Source of the DNA: an uncultured Gemmatimonadales bacterium
GTDB taxonomy: Bacteria; Gemmatimonadota; Gemmatimonadetes; Longimicrobiales; RSA9
Assembly (NCBI GenBank): GCA_963783305.1
Contig: CAWAMW010000006.1
Location: forward strand, 128,001 to 192,000
Reading direction: 5' to 3'
Length of the DNA: 64,000 nt
Shown: positions 1-9,575 of the stretch, piece by piece
How positions within the stretch are numbered: the first letter of the stretch is position 1
Layout of the letters: each line of letters starts with the position of its first letter
Program-made: the position numbers and the translations under genes
Notes under the pieces: model-generated
The model's database searches: none
What the model was told of the DNA's origin: nothing
Seen by the model: only the letters and a program-made list of their open reading frames with translations

Positions 1-1
1 C

Positions 2-1300
2 TCCGTGGTCGCCACCGAGACGAGCACGCTGACGTTCCTGAGCGTACCCGGTGTGGCGTACTTCGGGAGCCTCGTCTTTCTCCAGCTCGCGCTCGGGTAC
101 ATGGTGGGCCGGATCGTGGTATCGGTGGTCCTCCTGCCACGGTACTACAGCGGGAATCTGACCACCGCCTATCAGCTCCTGGAGACGACCTTCGGCCTCG
201 GCACCCGCCGATTCACCTCCGCGCTGTTCATGGTCACGCGGCTCCTGGCCGACTCGGTCAGGCTGTTCGCGACGGCGATCCCGCTGGCGCTGCTCACGGG
301 CTGGCCGTACACGTGGTCGATCGCTGTGATCGGGCTGGCCACCCTGGCCTATACCTACCTGGGCGGGATCAAGGCTGTGGTCTGGGTCGATGTGGTGCAG
401 ATGGGCCTCTACCTGGTGGGCGGTGTGGCGGGGCTGGTGGTGATCGAGCAGCTCGTGGCCGGCGGGTGGGGCGACCTCTTCAGCGCCGCGGCCGCTGGCG
501 GCAAGCTGGCGGTGGTGGACCTGTCCCTGGATCCAGGGAACCCGTACACCCTGTGGGCCGGGGTGCTGGGTGGTGGCTTCCTGACGATGGCGTCGCATGG
601 GACCGACCAGCTGATCGTACAGCGGCTGCTCACCTGCCGTGACCTCCGCTCGGCGCAGAAAGCGCTGATCGGCAGCGGTGTGGTCGTCGCCGCCCAGTTC
701 CTCCTGTTCCTGCTTCTGGGTGCGGCGCTCTGGGTCTTCTACCAGGGGCGGGAGTTTCCGCGCCCGGACGAGGTGTTCGCCCTCTTCATTGTCGAGCAGA
801 TCCCCATCGGGCTGACGGGACTGCTCATCGCCGGCGTCTTCGCCGCCGCCATGTCCAGCCTGTCGTCCTCCATCAACTCCCTCTCATCGGCCGTGGCGTA
901 CGACTTCTTCGCCCCGGCCGCTCGCCTGGACCGGGACGACCCGAGGGTATTCCGCATCGGGCGGCTGGCGACGGTGCTGTGGTCGGGGGCGCTGATCGGA
1001 GGCGCGGTGCTCTTCATTCCCCTGAGCCGGAGCTCGGCGGCCGTCGAGGTGGCGCTCGGGGTATCATCGCTGGTGTACGGCGGGCTGCTGGGCGCGTTCG
1101 CGCTGGCGCTCCTGGTGGGTCGCGGCTCGGCGCCCCGGGCTATCGCGGCGATGGGCGTCGGGATCGGCACGGTGACCTCAATCTGGCTCTGGGCCCCGGC
1201 CGCGGTGGCCTGGCCGTGGTACGTCGTGATCGGCACCGCCGTGACGGTGGCCGTCGGATGGTTGTTGTTCCGAGCCGGCTTGACGGGGCCTCCGCCCTGA
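2..1300 (+). CDS. Sodium:solute symporter (SSS family), 5'-truncated at window edge
   Basis: Multi-TM protein with SSS motifs (ATETSTLTF, GGIKAVVWVDVVQ, GTDQLIVQRLL, AAAMSSLSSSINS). The frame is open from the window start. Confidence 0.9.
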   Translation, partial: SVVATETSTLTFLSVPGVAYFGSLVFLQLALGYMVGRIVVSVVLLPRYYSGNLTTAYQLLETTFGLGTRRFTSALFMVTRLLADSVRLFATAIPLALLTGWPYTWSIAVIGLATLAYTYLGGIKAVVWVDVVQMGLYLVGGVAGLVVIEQLVAGGWGDLFSAAAAGGKLAVVDLSLDPGNPYTLWAGVLGGGFLTMASHGTDQLIVQRLLTCRDLRSAQKALIGSGVVVAAQFLLFLLLGAALWVFYQGREFPRPDEVFALFIVEQIPIGLTGLLIAGVFAAAMSSLSSSINSLSSAVAYDFFAPAARLDRDDPRVFRIGRLATVLWSGALIGGAVLFIPLSRSSAAVEVALGVSSLVYGGLLGAFALALLVGRGSAPRAIAAMGVGIGTVTSIWLWAPAAVAWPWYVVIGTAVTVAVGWLLFRAGLTGPPP

Positions 1301-1308
1301 TCGATCAT
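1280..1308 (+). promoter_or_regulatory. Putative sigma70-type promoter for the GH18 gene
   Basis: TTGACG-N17-GATCAT, about 50 nt upstream of ATG 1360. Confidence 0.35.
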
Positions 1309-1359
1309 GACTTTCCACCAGCCCTGAAACTTGCGAATCACCATCCGGATCGGAGCACG

Positions 1360-2427
1360 ATGACCCGTCACAGCCGAAGCCCTGGCCCGCTCCTCCTCTC
1401 GCTCCTCGCCCTGGCTCTTGCGCTGACCGCGCCTTCGATCTCGAGCGCACAGCAGTTGGAGCGGCTCTTCTACTACGTGGACACCGACGAGAGCTTCGAT
1501 AGCTTCCGGGACCATGTCGACGAGATCGACATTGTCTCGCCACCGGCCTACTCCGTGGACGGAGATGGGGTGGTCTGGGGAGAAGTGGATCCGCGCATGC
1601 TCGACCTGTCACGGGAGCACGGCGTGGCCGTGATGCCTCTCATCCACAACCCCGGCTTCGACCAGGAGATGCTGCACCGGCTGCTGGTGAACGACGCGGC
1701 CCGGGCCCGCACCATCGCGTCGCTCGTCGAACTCTGCCGTCGCCACGGGTTCGACGGGATCCAGTTCGATTTCGAGAACCTGAACATGGACGATCGGGAC
1801 GCCTTCACCGTCTTCTATCAGGAGGCCGCCCGCGCTCTCCACGATGCCGGCTTCCGCATCAGCGTGGCCGTGGTCCACCGCCCGGACGTGCTGCCGGGTC
1901 CCACGCAGTACCACAAGTGGATCTTCAAGAACTGGCGGGCCGGCTACGATCTGGAGGCGCTCGCCGCGGCGGGAGACTTCGTCTCCGTCATGTCCTATTC
2001 GCAGCATACGCGGCGGACCCCGCCCGGTCCGCAGGCCGGGCTGCCGTGGGTGAGAGAGGTCGCGGAGCACTTCCTCCAGTACATGCCGCCGGAGAAGCTG
2101 TCGCTGGGGATCCCCCTGGGCTCACAGCACTGGTACACGTCGCAAGAGGACGGAATCGAGCCCGAGCGGGCCCGATCGTACAGCCGGAGCCTGACGCACC
2201 GGCGGGCGCTCGTGCTCGTGGAGCGCTACGACGGCGAGCTGAACTGGAGCGACACCCACCAGGTCCCGTACGCATTCCTCAGCAGGGGCGGCACGTGGGA
2301 GTGGATCTTCATGGAGGATGCCCGGAGCTTCAGGGCCAAGCTGGAACTGGCCCGGGAGCTCGGCCTGCGCGGCTTCTCCGCCTGGGTCCTGGGACCAGAG
2401 GATCCGGCGATCTGGGACGCGTTGTAG
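1360..2427 (+). CDS. Secreted glycoside hydrolase family 18 (chitinase/SleL-like)
   Basis: Signal peptide, FDGIQFDFE catalytic-strand motif, VMSY, KLSLGIP and C-terminal GFSAWVLG. GGAG precedes ATG 1360. Confidence 0.85.
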   Translation: MTRHSRSPGPLLLSLLALALALTAPSISSAQQLERLFYYVDTDESFDSFRDHVDEIDIVSPPAYSVDGDGVVWGEVDPRMLDLSREHGVAVMPLIHNPGFDQEMLHRLLVNDAARARTIASLVELCRRHGFDGIQFDFENLNMDDRDAFTVFYQEAARALHDAGFRISVAVVHRPDVLPGPTQYHKWIFKNWRAGYDLEALAAAGDFVSVMSYSQHTRRTPPGPQAGLPWVREVAEHFLQYMPPEKLSLGIPLGSQHWYTSQEDGIEPERARSYSRSLTHRRALVLVERYDGELNWSDTHQVPYAFLSRGGTWEWIFMEDARSFRAKLELARELGLRGFSAWVLGPEDPAIWDAL

Positions 2428-2631
2428 CACCCTGGAGACGCGCCACGCTCATGCCGGGCGGGCGCCTTAGCTCGACCCGGCGGTAAGGCGATCGGCCCCC
2501 CGAGCTCCACCGGACGCGGGGATCCCCTCACCGCTCCTGCCACCGCGGGGAAGCGCCCGACTACCGCTCGGACGCGTGCTCCCGTACCTTTCAGCGTTCG
2601 AGGAATCCGACCAGCACCCTGAACGCGCTAC

Positions 2632-3852
2632 ATGCAGCCCTACCTGACCGAGGAGCACGAGCGGCATCGCCACGCCGTCCGCGAGTTCGCCGAGAGCGAA
2701 ATCGCGCCCGTGGCGAGGGAGCTGGACGAGCAGAGCCGGTTCCCATGGGACAACGTGCGCAAGATGGCCGAGCGCGGCTGGTTCGGAGTGAGCGTGCCGC
2801 GGGAGTACGGCGGACTCGGCATGGATGACCTCAGCTACATCCTGACCGTGGAGGAGCTGGCCCGGATCGACGCGAGCCACTCCATCACTGTCAGCGCCCA
2901 TTCCACTCTGGGCCTTTCGCCGATCCTGAACTTCGGCACTGACGAGCAGAAACAGCGCTACGTCCCGCTCCTGGCGGCCGGGAAGGTCCTGGGCGGCTTC
3001 GGTCTCACGGAGCCCGACGCGGGCTCCGATGCCGGCGGCAGCCGGACGACCGCCGTACGGGAGAATGGGCACTATCGGGTCAACGGGAGCAAGATCTTCA
3101 TCACTCACGCCGGCGTCGGCGAGATCTTCGTGGTCACCGCGGTGACCGACCGGGACCAGGGGACGAAGGGGATCAGCAGCTTCATCGTGACGAAGGAGAC
3201 CACGGACAGGGAGGACGCCGACCGTGTCGGGGTCGGGCACGCGCCCGAGCTCGAGCCGTTCATGAGCGGTGTGAGGGCGGCGAAGAAGGAGGACAAGATG
3301 GGCTGGCGCGCATCGGACACGCGCGAGCTCATCCTCGAGGATGTGGAAGTGCCGTCGGAGAACCTTCTGGGTGAGGAAGGCCAGGGGTTCATCAATTTCA
3401 TGAGGACGCTGGACGCCGGCCGGATCGGCGTGGGCGCTCTCTCCCTGGGTCTGGCTCAGGGCGCGTACGAGACCGCCCTCGCCTTCTCGAACGAGCGAAA
3501 GCAGTTCGGCAAACCCTTACGGCACTTCCAGGGTATACAGTTCAAGCTGGCCGACATGGCCACCCGAATTCAGGCCGCACGGCACCTGGTGTACCACGCC
3601 GCGTGGCTGAAGCAGGCGGGTCGACCGTACACGAAAGAGGCCTCCATGGCCAAGCTGTACGCGAGCGATGCCGCAATGGAAATCACCACCCAGGGCGTTC
3701 AGCTCCTGGGCGGCTACGGATACACGAACGATTATCCCGTCGAACGGCATATGCGCGACGCCAAGATCTGTCAGATCGGCGAAGGCACGAACGAGATTCA
3801 ACGCCTCGTCATCGCTCGCCAGCTGTTCGACCATGCCTTCGGCGGGAGGTGA
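2632..3852 (+). CDS. Acyl-CoA dehydrogenase
   Basis: FGLTEPDAGSD, NGSKIFIT, KMGWRAS, RKQFG, GGYGY and IGEGTNEIQR motifs. Confidence 0.95.
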   Translation: MQPYLTEEHERHRHAVREFAESEIAPVARELDEQSRFPWDNVRKMAERGWFGVSVPREYGGLGMDDLSYILTVEELARIDASHSITVSAHSTLGLSPILNFGTDEQKQRYVPLLAAGKVLGGFGLTEPDAGSDAGGSRTTAVRENGHYRVNGSKIFITHAGVGEIFVVTAVTDRDQGTKGISSFIVTKETTDREDADRVGVGHAPELEPFMSGVRAAKKEDKMGWRASDTRELILEDVEVPSENLLGEEGQGFINFMRTLDAGRIGVGALSLGLAQGAYETALAFSNERKQFGKPLRHFQGIQFKLADMATRIQAARHLVYHAAWLKQAGRPYTKEASMAKLYASDAAMEITTQGVQLLGGYGYTNDYPVERHMRDAKICQIGEGTNEIQRLVIARQLFDHAFGGR

Positions 3853-3861
3853 ACGTGAGGT

Positions 3862-5388
3862 ATGAAGCGAGAGATTCTGATCTCGTCCACGCCGCAAGAA
3901 GCGCGCGTGGCGATACTCGAGGACGACGTCCTCGTCGAGTTCCTGATCGAGCGGCCGGACACCGGCCGCATCGTGGGAGACATCTACCTGGGGCAGGTGC
4001 AGGCCGTCCTCCCTGGCATCCAGGCGGCCTTCGTTGAGATAGGCACCGACAAGGCCGCCTTCCTCCACGCCTCCGACCTCGGCGAGGACGAGGACGACGA
4101 GGAGGGAGGGAACGGCGGGAATGGCGGCGGCGGTGGCCGTCGAAGCGCACCGCCCATTCAGGATGTGGTGAAGAAGGGCCAGAAGCTCCTGGTGCAGGTG
4201 ACGAAGGAGCCCATCTCCACCAAGGGCCCCCGTGTCACCACCCAGATCTCCCTGCCCGGGAGGTTCCTGGTCCTCATGCCACAGTCGGACCATGTGGGCG
4301 TGAGCCGCAAGATCGACGACCGCGAGGAGCGCGCCCGCCTCCGGAAGATGGCGAAGGAGCAGCTCGGGGACGAGTCGGTGGGCCTCATCATCCGCACCGC
4401 CGGTGAGGAGCTCACCAGTGAGCTCTTCAAGCGCGAGCTCAAGACGCTCCTGGACACCTGGAAGAAGACCCAGAAGAAGGCGAAGAACGTGAAGGCGCCC
4501 GCGCTCGTGCACAGCGAGGCGGGCCTCACTCGCGGGATCATCCGCGACATCTTCACCAACAAGGTCGATTCTCTCACCGTTGACGACCGCCAGGTCCACG
4601 AGGAGATCAGACATTACCTGGAGGGGATCGACCCCGACCTGATGAAGCGCGTCCAGCTCTACGACGCGCCGTTGCCGCTCTTCGACAAGTTCGGCGTAGA
4701 GGAAGCGATCCGGGAGGCGTTCCAGCGCCGTGTGGACCTGCCCTCCGGCGGCTACCTCATCATCGAGCCCACGGAGGCGCTCGTCTCCGTGGACGTGAAC
4801 ACCGGCCGCTACACCGGCAAGAAGGATCCCGAAAAGACGATCCTCAAAACCAACCTCGACGCCGCCCGCGAGGTCGCCCGGCAGCTGCGGCTCCGCGACA
4901 TCGGCGGCATCATCGTCGTCGACTTCATCGACATGGAGTCGAAGTCGAACCAGGACCGGCTCCTCCAGGAGCTCCGGACGTACCTGAACCGTGACCGCGC
5001 CCGGACCCGCGCGTTCCAGGTCTCCGACCTCGGCCTCATCGAGATGACCCGGCAGCGGGTCCGACCCAGTCTCTACTACTCGCTCACCGAGCCCTGCGCC
5101 CACTGCCAGGGCGCCGGCCGCGTCTTCACACCCGAAACCGTGGTGCGCCGCATTGAGCGCTCCCTCTTCCGGGCCGCCGCGAACGGCGATGACCGCCGCT
5201 TCACGCTCCGCGTCCACCCGAGCGTGGCGCTCCACATCCTGGAGGGCGAGTCCGACTTCCTGCGCCGGCTCGCTCGCCAGCTCGACCTCACCCTCGAGAT
5301 GCGCGACGATCCGCTCATGAAGGCCGACGAGTTCCGGATGCTCTCCGGCCCGGCGAAGCGGGACGTCACGGGGAAGTACGCGGTGTAG
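3862..5388 (+). CDS. rng: Ribonuclease G/E family
   Basis: S1 domain (VLPGIQAAFV), QVTKEPISTKGPRVT, DVNTG, GGIIVVDFIDM and Zn-link CAHC. Confidence 0.95.
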   Translation: MKREILISSTPQEARVAILEDDVLVEFLIERPDTGRIVGDIYLGQVQAVLPGIQAAFVEIGTDKAAFLHASDLGEDEDDEEGGNGGNGGGGGRRSAPPIQDVVKKGQKLLVQVTKEPISTKGPRVTTQISLPGRFLVLMPQSDHVGVSRKIDDREERARLRKMAKEQLGDESVGLIIRTAGEELTSELFKRELKTLLDTWKKTQKKAKNVKAPALVHSEAGLTRGIIRDIFTNKVDSLTVDDRQVHEEIRHYLEGIDPDLMKRVQLYDAPLPLFDKFGVEEAIREAFQRRVDLPSGGYLIIEPTEALVSVDVNTGRYTGKKDPEKTILKTNLDAAREVARQLRLRDIGGIIVVDFIDMESKSNQDRLLQELRTYLNRDRARTRAFQVSDLGLIEMTRQRVRPSLYYSLTEPCAHCQGAGRVFTPETVVRRIERSLFRAAANGDDRRFTLRVHPSVALHILEGESDFLRRLARQLDLTLEMRDDPLMKADEFRMLSGPAKRDVTGKYAV

Positions 5389-5533
5389 CAAAGGTTGAGT
5401 CCCTTCGCCGCCTCGGAACCCGCTGGGGCGGGTCTATGGCCCGCCCAGGACCGGGACGCCCGCGCGAGACGCCCGCGCGGAGCGCCCGTTCGTCGCTCTG
5501 CGGCGCTCAGACGTAGGCCGGCCTCGCTCGACC

Positions 5534-5562
5534 TTGACGAACAGACGGAATTCCCCCACTTT
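5534..5562 (+). promoter_or_regulatory. Putative rplU promoter
   Basis: TTGACG-N17-CACTTT upstream of rplU. Confidence 0.4.
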
Positions 5563-5597
5563 CCTCTGTCTGTACACGAACTGAACAAGAGCCGAAT

Positions 5598-5912
5598 ATG
5601 TACGCGATCATCCGCACGGGCGGAAAGCAGTTCCGGGCCGAGCCCGGCCAGACAATCAAGGTACCGTCCATGACCGCCGAGGTGGGGGAGACGGTTACCT
5701 TCGACGACGTTCTCGTCACCCACACCGACGACGGCGTGAAGGTAGGCGCGCCGGTGGTCGACGGGGCCACCGTGACGGGCGAGGTGGTGGAGCACGGCAA
5801 GGGCAAGAAGGTGATCGTGTTCAAGTGGAAGCGGCGGAAGAACTATCGGAAGAAGCAGGGTCACCGCCAGAAGTTCACGGCGGTCCGAATCGACGAGATC
5901 AAGGCCGGCTGA
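5598..5912 (+). CDS. rplU: 50S ribosomal protein L21
   Basis: [11 protein letters not shown]...KQGHRQ signature. Confidence 0.98.
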   Translation: MYAIIRTGGKQFRAEPGQTIKVPSMTAEVGETVTFDDVLVTHTDDGVKVGAPVVDGATVTGEVVEHGKGKKVIVFKWKRRKNYRKKQGHRQKFTAVRIDEIKAG

Positions 5913-5926
5913 GGGAGGAAGAAGCA

Positions 5927-6184
5927 ATGGCTCATAAGAAGGGTGTCGGCTCCAGCCGAAACGGACGCGATTCGAACCCGCAGTACCTCGGCGTGAAGAA
6001 GTACGGCGGGGAGGCGGTGGTCGCGGGCAACATCATCGTGCGGCAGCGTGGTACCAAGTTCCACCCGGGTCACAACGTGGGCCGGGGCAAGGACGACACA
6101 CTGTTCGCGCTGACGGATGGCGTGGTGACGTTCGAGCGTCGTGGGCGTGACCGCAAGCAGATCTCGGTCTACCCGGCCGAGTAG
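5927..6184 (+). CDS. rpmA: 50S ribosomal protein L27
   Basis: [16 protein letters not shown]...IIVRQRGTK, with a GGAGG RBS. Confidence 0.98.
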   Translation: MAHKKGVGSSRNGRDSNPQYLGVKKYGGEAVVAGNIIVRQRGTKFHPGHNVGRGKDDTLFALTDGVVTFERRGRDRKQISVYPAE

Positions 6185-6213
6185 AAGAGGCCGGCGGGAC
6201 CACGGTTCCAGGT

Positions 6214-6248
6214 GAAGCCCCTCTCGACACTGTCGAGGGGGGCTTTTC
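6214..6248 (+). terminator. Rho-independent terminator after rplU-rpmA
   Basis: AAGCCCCTCTCGACA/TGTCGAGGGGGGCTT stem followed by a T-run. Confidence 0.8.
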
Positions 6249-6318
6249 GCTGGGGGTGCTGGCCCCGAACGTGCGTGAACGCCGCACCAAATTCACGACG
6301 ATCCCCACGCAAGAGCCC

Positions 6319-6813
6319 ATGACGGATAACCCGGAAGATTACGACGATCTGGACGACCTCGATGGAGAGGTCGGCGAGCAGGAGGACGCCGACCCCCCGC
6401 GGGGACGGCGACCGGGCGCGGTGCGAAGCACGGACCTGGAGCCGTACACGGGGCTGCGCTGGGTGTCGACACTCTTCAAGGCGGCCGCAGTGTTCGTGTT
6501 CGTGGCGCTCGCCGCGGAGTTCGTGGCGGGCTTGCGGATGGCGGGCCCTACGGCGCTGCCGTCGCTGCTGGGGGAGACGGCCCAGACGGTGGTGCTGGCG
6601 GTCGTGCTATGGGGCGGTGGGGATCTGGTCAGGCTCCTGGTGGACATGGGTCACGATTTCCGGGCGCAGCGCATCCTCATGGTCCGCCTGCTGAGCCGTA
6701 CGCCGAAGCGGACCACACCGGAAGGGGCGCCGGACCGGTCGATCGACGAGGAGGCGGAGGAGCTCAACATCCACCGTGAGCAGGCGGGATCGGGGCCGCA
6801 GAGCGCGGCCTGA
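6319..6813 (+). CDS. Hypothetical membrane protein (acidic N-terminus, 2 TM helices)
   Basis: ORF with host-like codon usage and two hydrophobic segments; no family recognised. Confidence 0.7.
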   Translation: MTDNPEDYDDLDDLDGEVGEQEDADPPRGRRPGAVRSTDLEPYTGLRWVSTLFKAAAVFVFVALAAEFVAGLRMAGPTALPSLLGETAQTVVLAVVLWGGGDLVRLLVDMGHDFRAQRILMVRLLSRTPKRTTPEGAPDRSIDEEAEELNIHREQAGSGPQSAA

Positions 6814-6869
6814 TCGACCGGCTGACGGCCGTCCCCCTCGGGTCTCTGCCGCATCGGTTGGCGTGAGAT

Positions 6870-7118
6870 CTACTTCCGATTCCTCAACGCTCCAGCCGCA
6901 GCGTCGAGAGCACGGGTGAGCTGGTCGATGAGCTCTCGGGTGGCGGAGAGCGACAGCCCTTCCGCGCCCACCTGCTGCTTCAGCCGCCGGATCCTCGCCG
7001 CGGAGTGCTCGATGGTGGCGGCAGCCTCGCCGGGATCGAGCGGCGGCGGCTCGTCGTCTCCGAACGGGTGGACCGGCCCCGCACTCAGCTCCTCCCCATC
7101 GAACGGATTCTTGCCCAT
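6870..7118 (-). CDS. Small hypothetical helical protein, last gene of the catabolic operon
   Basis: Starts 5 nt after the stop of the upstream crotonase on the same strand; coiled-coil-like sequence. Confidence 0.65.
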   Translation of the reverse strand: MGKNPFDGEELSAGPVHPFGDDEPPPLDPGEAAATIEHSAARIRRLKQQVGAEGLSLSATRELIDQLTRALDAAAGALRNRK

Positions 7119-7123
7119 GACGG

Positions 7124-7903
7124 CTACCGCCCCTTGAAGTCCGGGGTACGCTTCTCGAGGAACGCGGTCACGCCTTCCGTGCGGTCCTCGCTGGAGAACG
7201 CGGTAATGAAGAGCTCGCGCTCGAAGGCCAGTCCCGCCGAGAGCGGCATCTCCGCGGCCGCGCGCACCGCCTCCTTGATCAGCTTCAGCGCCACCGGAGA
7301 ATGACGCGCGATGGACTCGGCGAGCTCGCGGGTGCGCTCTCTGAGCCGGCTGTCATCCACCACTTCGTCGACGAGGCCGATCCGCTCTGCTTCCTCGGCT
7401 CCGATGAGTTCCCCGGTGAGCACGAGGCGCATGGCGCGGCCGAGGCCGACCAGGCGCGGCAGCCGCTGCGTCCCGCCGCCGCCCGGGAGAATGCCTAGGT
7501 TGACCTCCGGCTGTCCAAGGCGGGCCGACCGGGCGGCGATCCGGAGGTCACACGCGAGGGCGAGCTCGCAGCCGCCGCCGAGGGCATACCCGTTGATAGA
7601 AGCGATGACCGGGCGCGGAAAGGCGGCAATGGCGGCGAACACGCGCCGGCCCTCCATGGCCGCCCGCTGCTCGATGGGAGTGCGGTCGGCGAACTCGGAA
7701 ATGTCTGCGCCCGCCACGAACGCTTTCTCACCGGCCCCGGTAAGTACGACGACCCGCGCGTTTTCGTCCGACTCCAGCGCGTCCAGCGCGGCGAGGAGTT
7801 CCCGCCGGACCTGGGCGTTCAACGCGTTCCGCTTTTCGGGTCGGTCGATGGTCACGGTCGCCACCCGCCCGGCGGTCTCCAACTTCAGTGTTTCGAAATC
7901 CAT
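7124..7903 (-). CDS. Enoyl-CoA hydratase (crotonase/PaaF-like)
   Basis: AFVAGADI, GGGCELALACD and GQPEVNLGILPGGGGTQRL, with both catalytic Glu present. Confidence 0.92.
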   Translation of the reverse strand: MDFETLKLETAGRVATVTIDRPEKRNALNAQVRRELLAALDALESDENARVVVLTGAGEKAFVAGADISEFADRTPIEQRAAMEGRRVFAAIAAFPRPVIASINGYALGGGCELALACDLRIAARSARLGQPEVNLGILPGGGGTQRLPRLVGLGRAMRLVLTGELIGAEEAERIGLVDEVVDDSRLRERTRELAESIARHSPVALKLIKEAVRAAAEMPLSAGLAFERELFITAFSSEDRTEGVTAFLEKRTPDFKGR

Positions 7904-7926
7904 GATCCCCGTCTCCCTCTGTTCCG

Positions 7927-8784
7927 TCAGTCCCAGTCGAAGAAGCCGCGCCCGGACTTCTGTCCCAGCTCGCCGGCGTCGACCTTCTCGCGCAGGATGC
8001 GCGGCGGTCGGAACGCCTCGCTGCCGAGCTCCCCATGGAGGTACTCGGCGATGTGGAGTCGCACGTCGAGCCCCACGAGGTCGGTAAGCCGGAGCGGGCC
8101 CATGGGATGGCGGTAGCCCAGGGTCATGGCCGTGTCGATGTCGGCGGGGGAGGCCACGCCCTCCTCGACCATTCGCATGGCCTCGAGTCCCAGCGCCACC
8201 CCCAGCCGCGACGACGCGAAGCCCGGAGAGTCCTTTACCACGATGGGCTCCTTCCCGAGCCAACGCGACCACGCGACGGCCCGCTCGACCACCGCCTCAT
8301 CCGTGTCCGCGCCACGCACGACCTCCACCAGCTTCATGATATGGACGGGGTTGAAGAAGTGAAGGCCGAGGATACGCCCCGGTCGCTCCATCCCCTCCTG
8401 GAGCCGGGTCACGCTCAGGCTGGACGTATTGGACCCCAGCAGCGCATCAGGGGGCGCGCCGCTCTCCAGCGTCCGCAGCACCTGCCGCTTCAGGTCCATC
8501 CGCTCGGGAACGGCTTCCACGGCCAGAGCGGCCTCCGCGGCCGCCCGTGCCGCGTCGGTGTCCGCGTGGAGGCGCCCGAGAGTGGCGTGGCGCTGCTCCG
8601 GCGACACCTTCCCGCGCTCGACGCCGCCATCGAGGTTGGCGCGGATCCGATCGAGCCCCTCCTGGACGAGGGCTTCGGTTCGGTCGACGAGCGTGGTCTC
8701 GGCGCCGGCCATGGCGGCGATCTGGGCGATCCCGTGGCCCATGGTGCCTGCGCCGACCACGACCACGCTGCGTGGAGCCTCCAC
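7927..8784 (-). CDS. 3-hydroxyacyl-CoA dehydrogenase (PaaH/Hbd-like, single module)
   Basis: GAGTMGHGIA, EAVPE, SNTSSLS, GLHFFNP and HPMGPL motifs; GTG start inferred. Confidence 0.92.
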   Translation of the reverse strand: MEAPRSVVVVGAGTMGHGIAQIAAMAGAETTLVDRTEALVQEGLDRIRANLDGGVERGKVSPEQRHATLGRLHADTDAARAAAEAALAVEAVPERMDLKRQVLRTLESGAPPDALLGSNTSSLSVTRLQEGMERPGRILGLHFFNPVHIMKLVEVVRGADTDEAVVERAVAWSRWLGKEPIVVKDSPGFASSRLGVALGLEAMRMVEEGVASPADIDTAMTLGYRHPMGPLRLTDLVGLDVRLHIAEYLHGELGSEAFRPPRILREKVDAGELGQKSGRGFFDWD

Positions 8785-8786
8785 GA

Positions 8787-9575
8787 TCAGCCTCCGAAGC
8801 GGGGCGCGCGCTTCTCCATGAAGGCGCGGATGCCCTCGGCAAAAGCGGGATTTTCGAAGGCGCGGACCTGCGCGGCGGCCTCCATCTCCAGGATCTCGTC
8901 CAGGTCCGCAGCGAGACTGCGCCGCAGCGTCCGCTTGGCATCGGCGATGACGTGGGGTGGGCCGCCGGCGATCTGGCCGGCGAGCCCCCGCACGGTGGCC
9001 TCGAGGTCGTCGGCGGGGACCACGCGGTTGACCAGGCCCAGCCGCTCCGCCCGCTTCGCGTTGATCATTCCGCCAGTGAAGACCAGTTCGGCGGCCAGCG
9101 CGGAGCCGATGAGGCGCGGCAGGAAGTACGCGCCGCCCCAGTCGGGGTGGAGGCCGACGCGGGTGAAGGTGAGCCCGATGCTCGCGTGCCGGCTGGCAAT
9201 CCGGATGTCGCAGGCCAGCGCCAGTGAAGCCCCGGCTCCGGCCGCGGCGCCATTGAGCGCCGCAATGACCGGTTTGTCCATCTGGTCGATCCGGCGCACG
9301 ATACGCATTCCCGTGCGCACCAGCTCCTCGAATCGGCCGGCGTCTCCGGATTCCGCCAGCTCGGACATGTACTGGACGTCGCCTCCGGTGGAGAAGGCGC
9401 GGCCGGATCCGGTGATCGCGACGCAGCGAATCTGGCGATCCGCATCGAGGTCCATGAGCGCCTGGTCCAGCCGGTCGCGCATGTCGCCGGCGAACGCGTT
9501 CAGGCGCTCGGGCCGATGTAGCCTGATCCACCCGAGGTTCCCATCCCGCTCGACCCGGATCGTATCCTCGCTCAT
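8787..9575 (-). CDS. Enoyl-CoA hydratase/isomerase, PaaG-like
   Basis: Crotonase fold (AFSTGGD). [11 protein letters not shown] lacks the hydratase Glu, and [12 protein letters not shown] carries the PaaG-type Asp. Confidence 0.8.
   Translation of the reverse strand: MSEDTIRVERDGNLGWIRLHRPERLNAFAGDMRDRLDQALMDLDADRQIRCVAITGSGRAFSTGGDVQYMSELAESGDAGRFEELVRTGMRIVRRIDQMDKPVIAALNGAAAGAGASLALACDIRIASRHASIGLTFTRVGLHPDWGGAYFLPRLIGSALAAELVFTGGMINAKRAERLGLVNRVVPADDLEATVRGLAGQIAGGPPHVIADAKRTLRRSLAADLDEILEMEAAAQVRAFENPAFAEGIRAFMEKRAPRFGG

Noticed and set aside
5389..5597. Possible L21-leader or ncRNA upstream of rplU (GGGCGGGTC/GGCCCGCCC hairpin, ACGCCCGCGCG direct repeat)
   Set aside because: The structures lie upstream of the putative promoter and match no family I can recognise; GC-rich hairpins arise by chance
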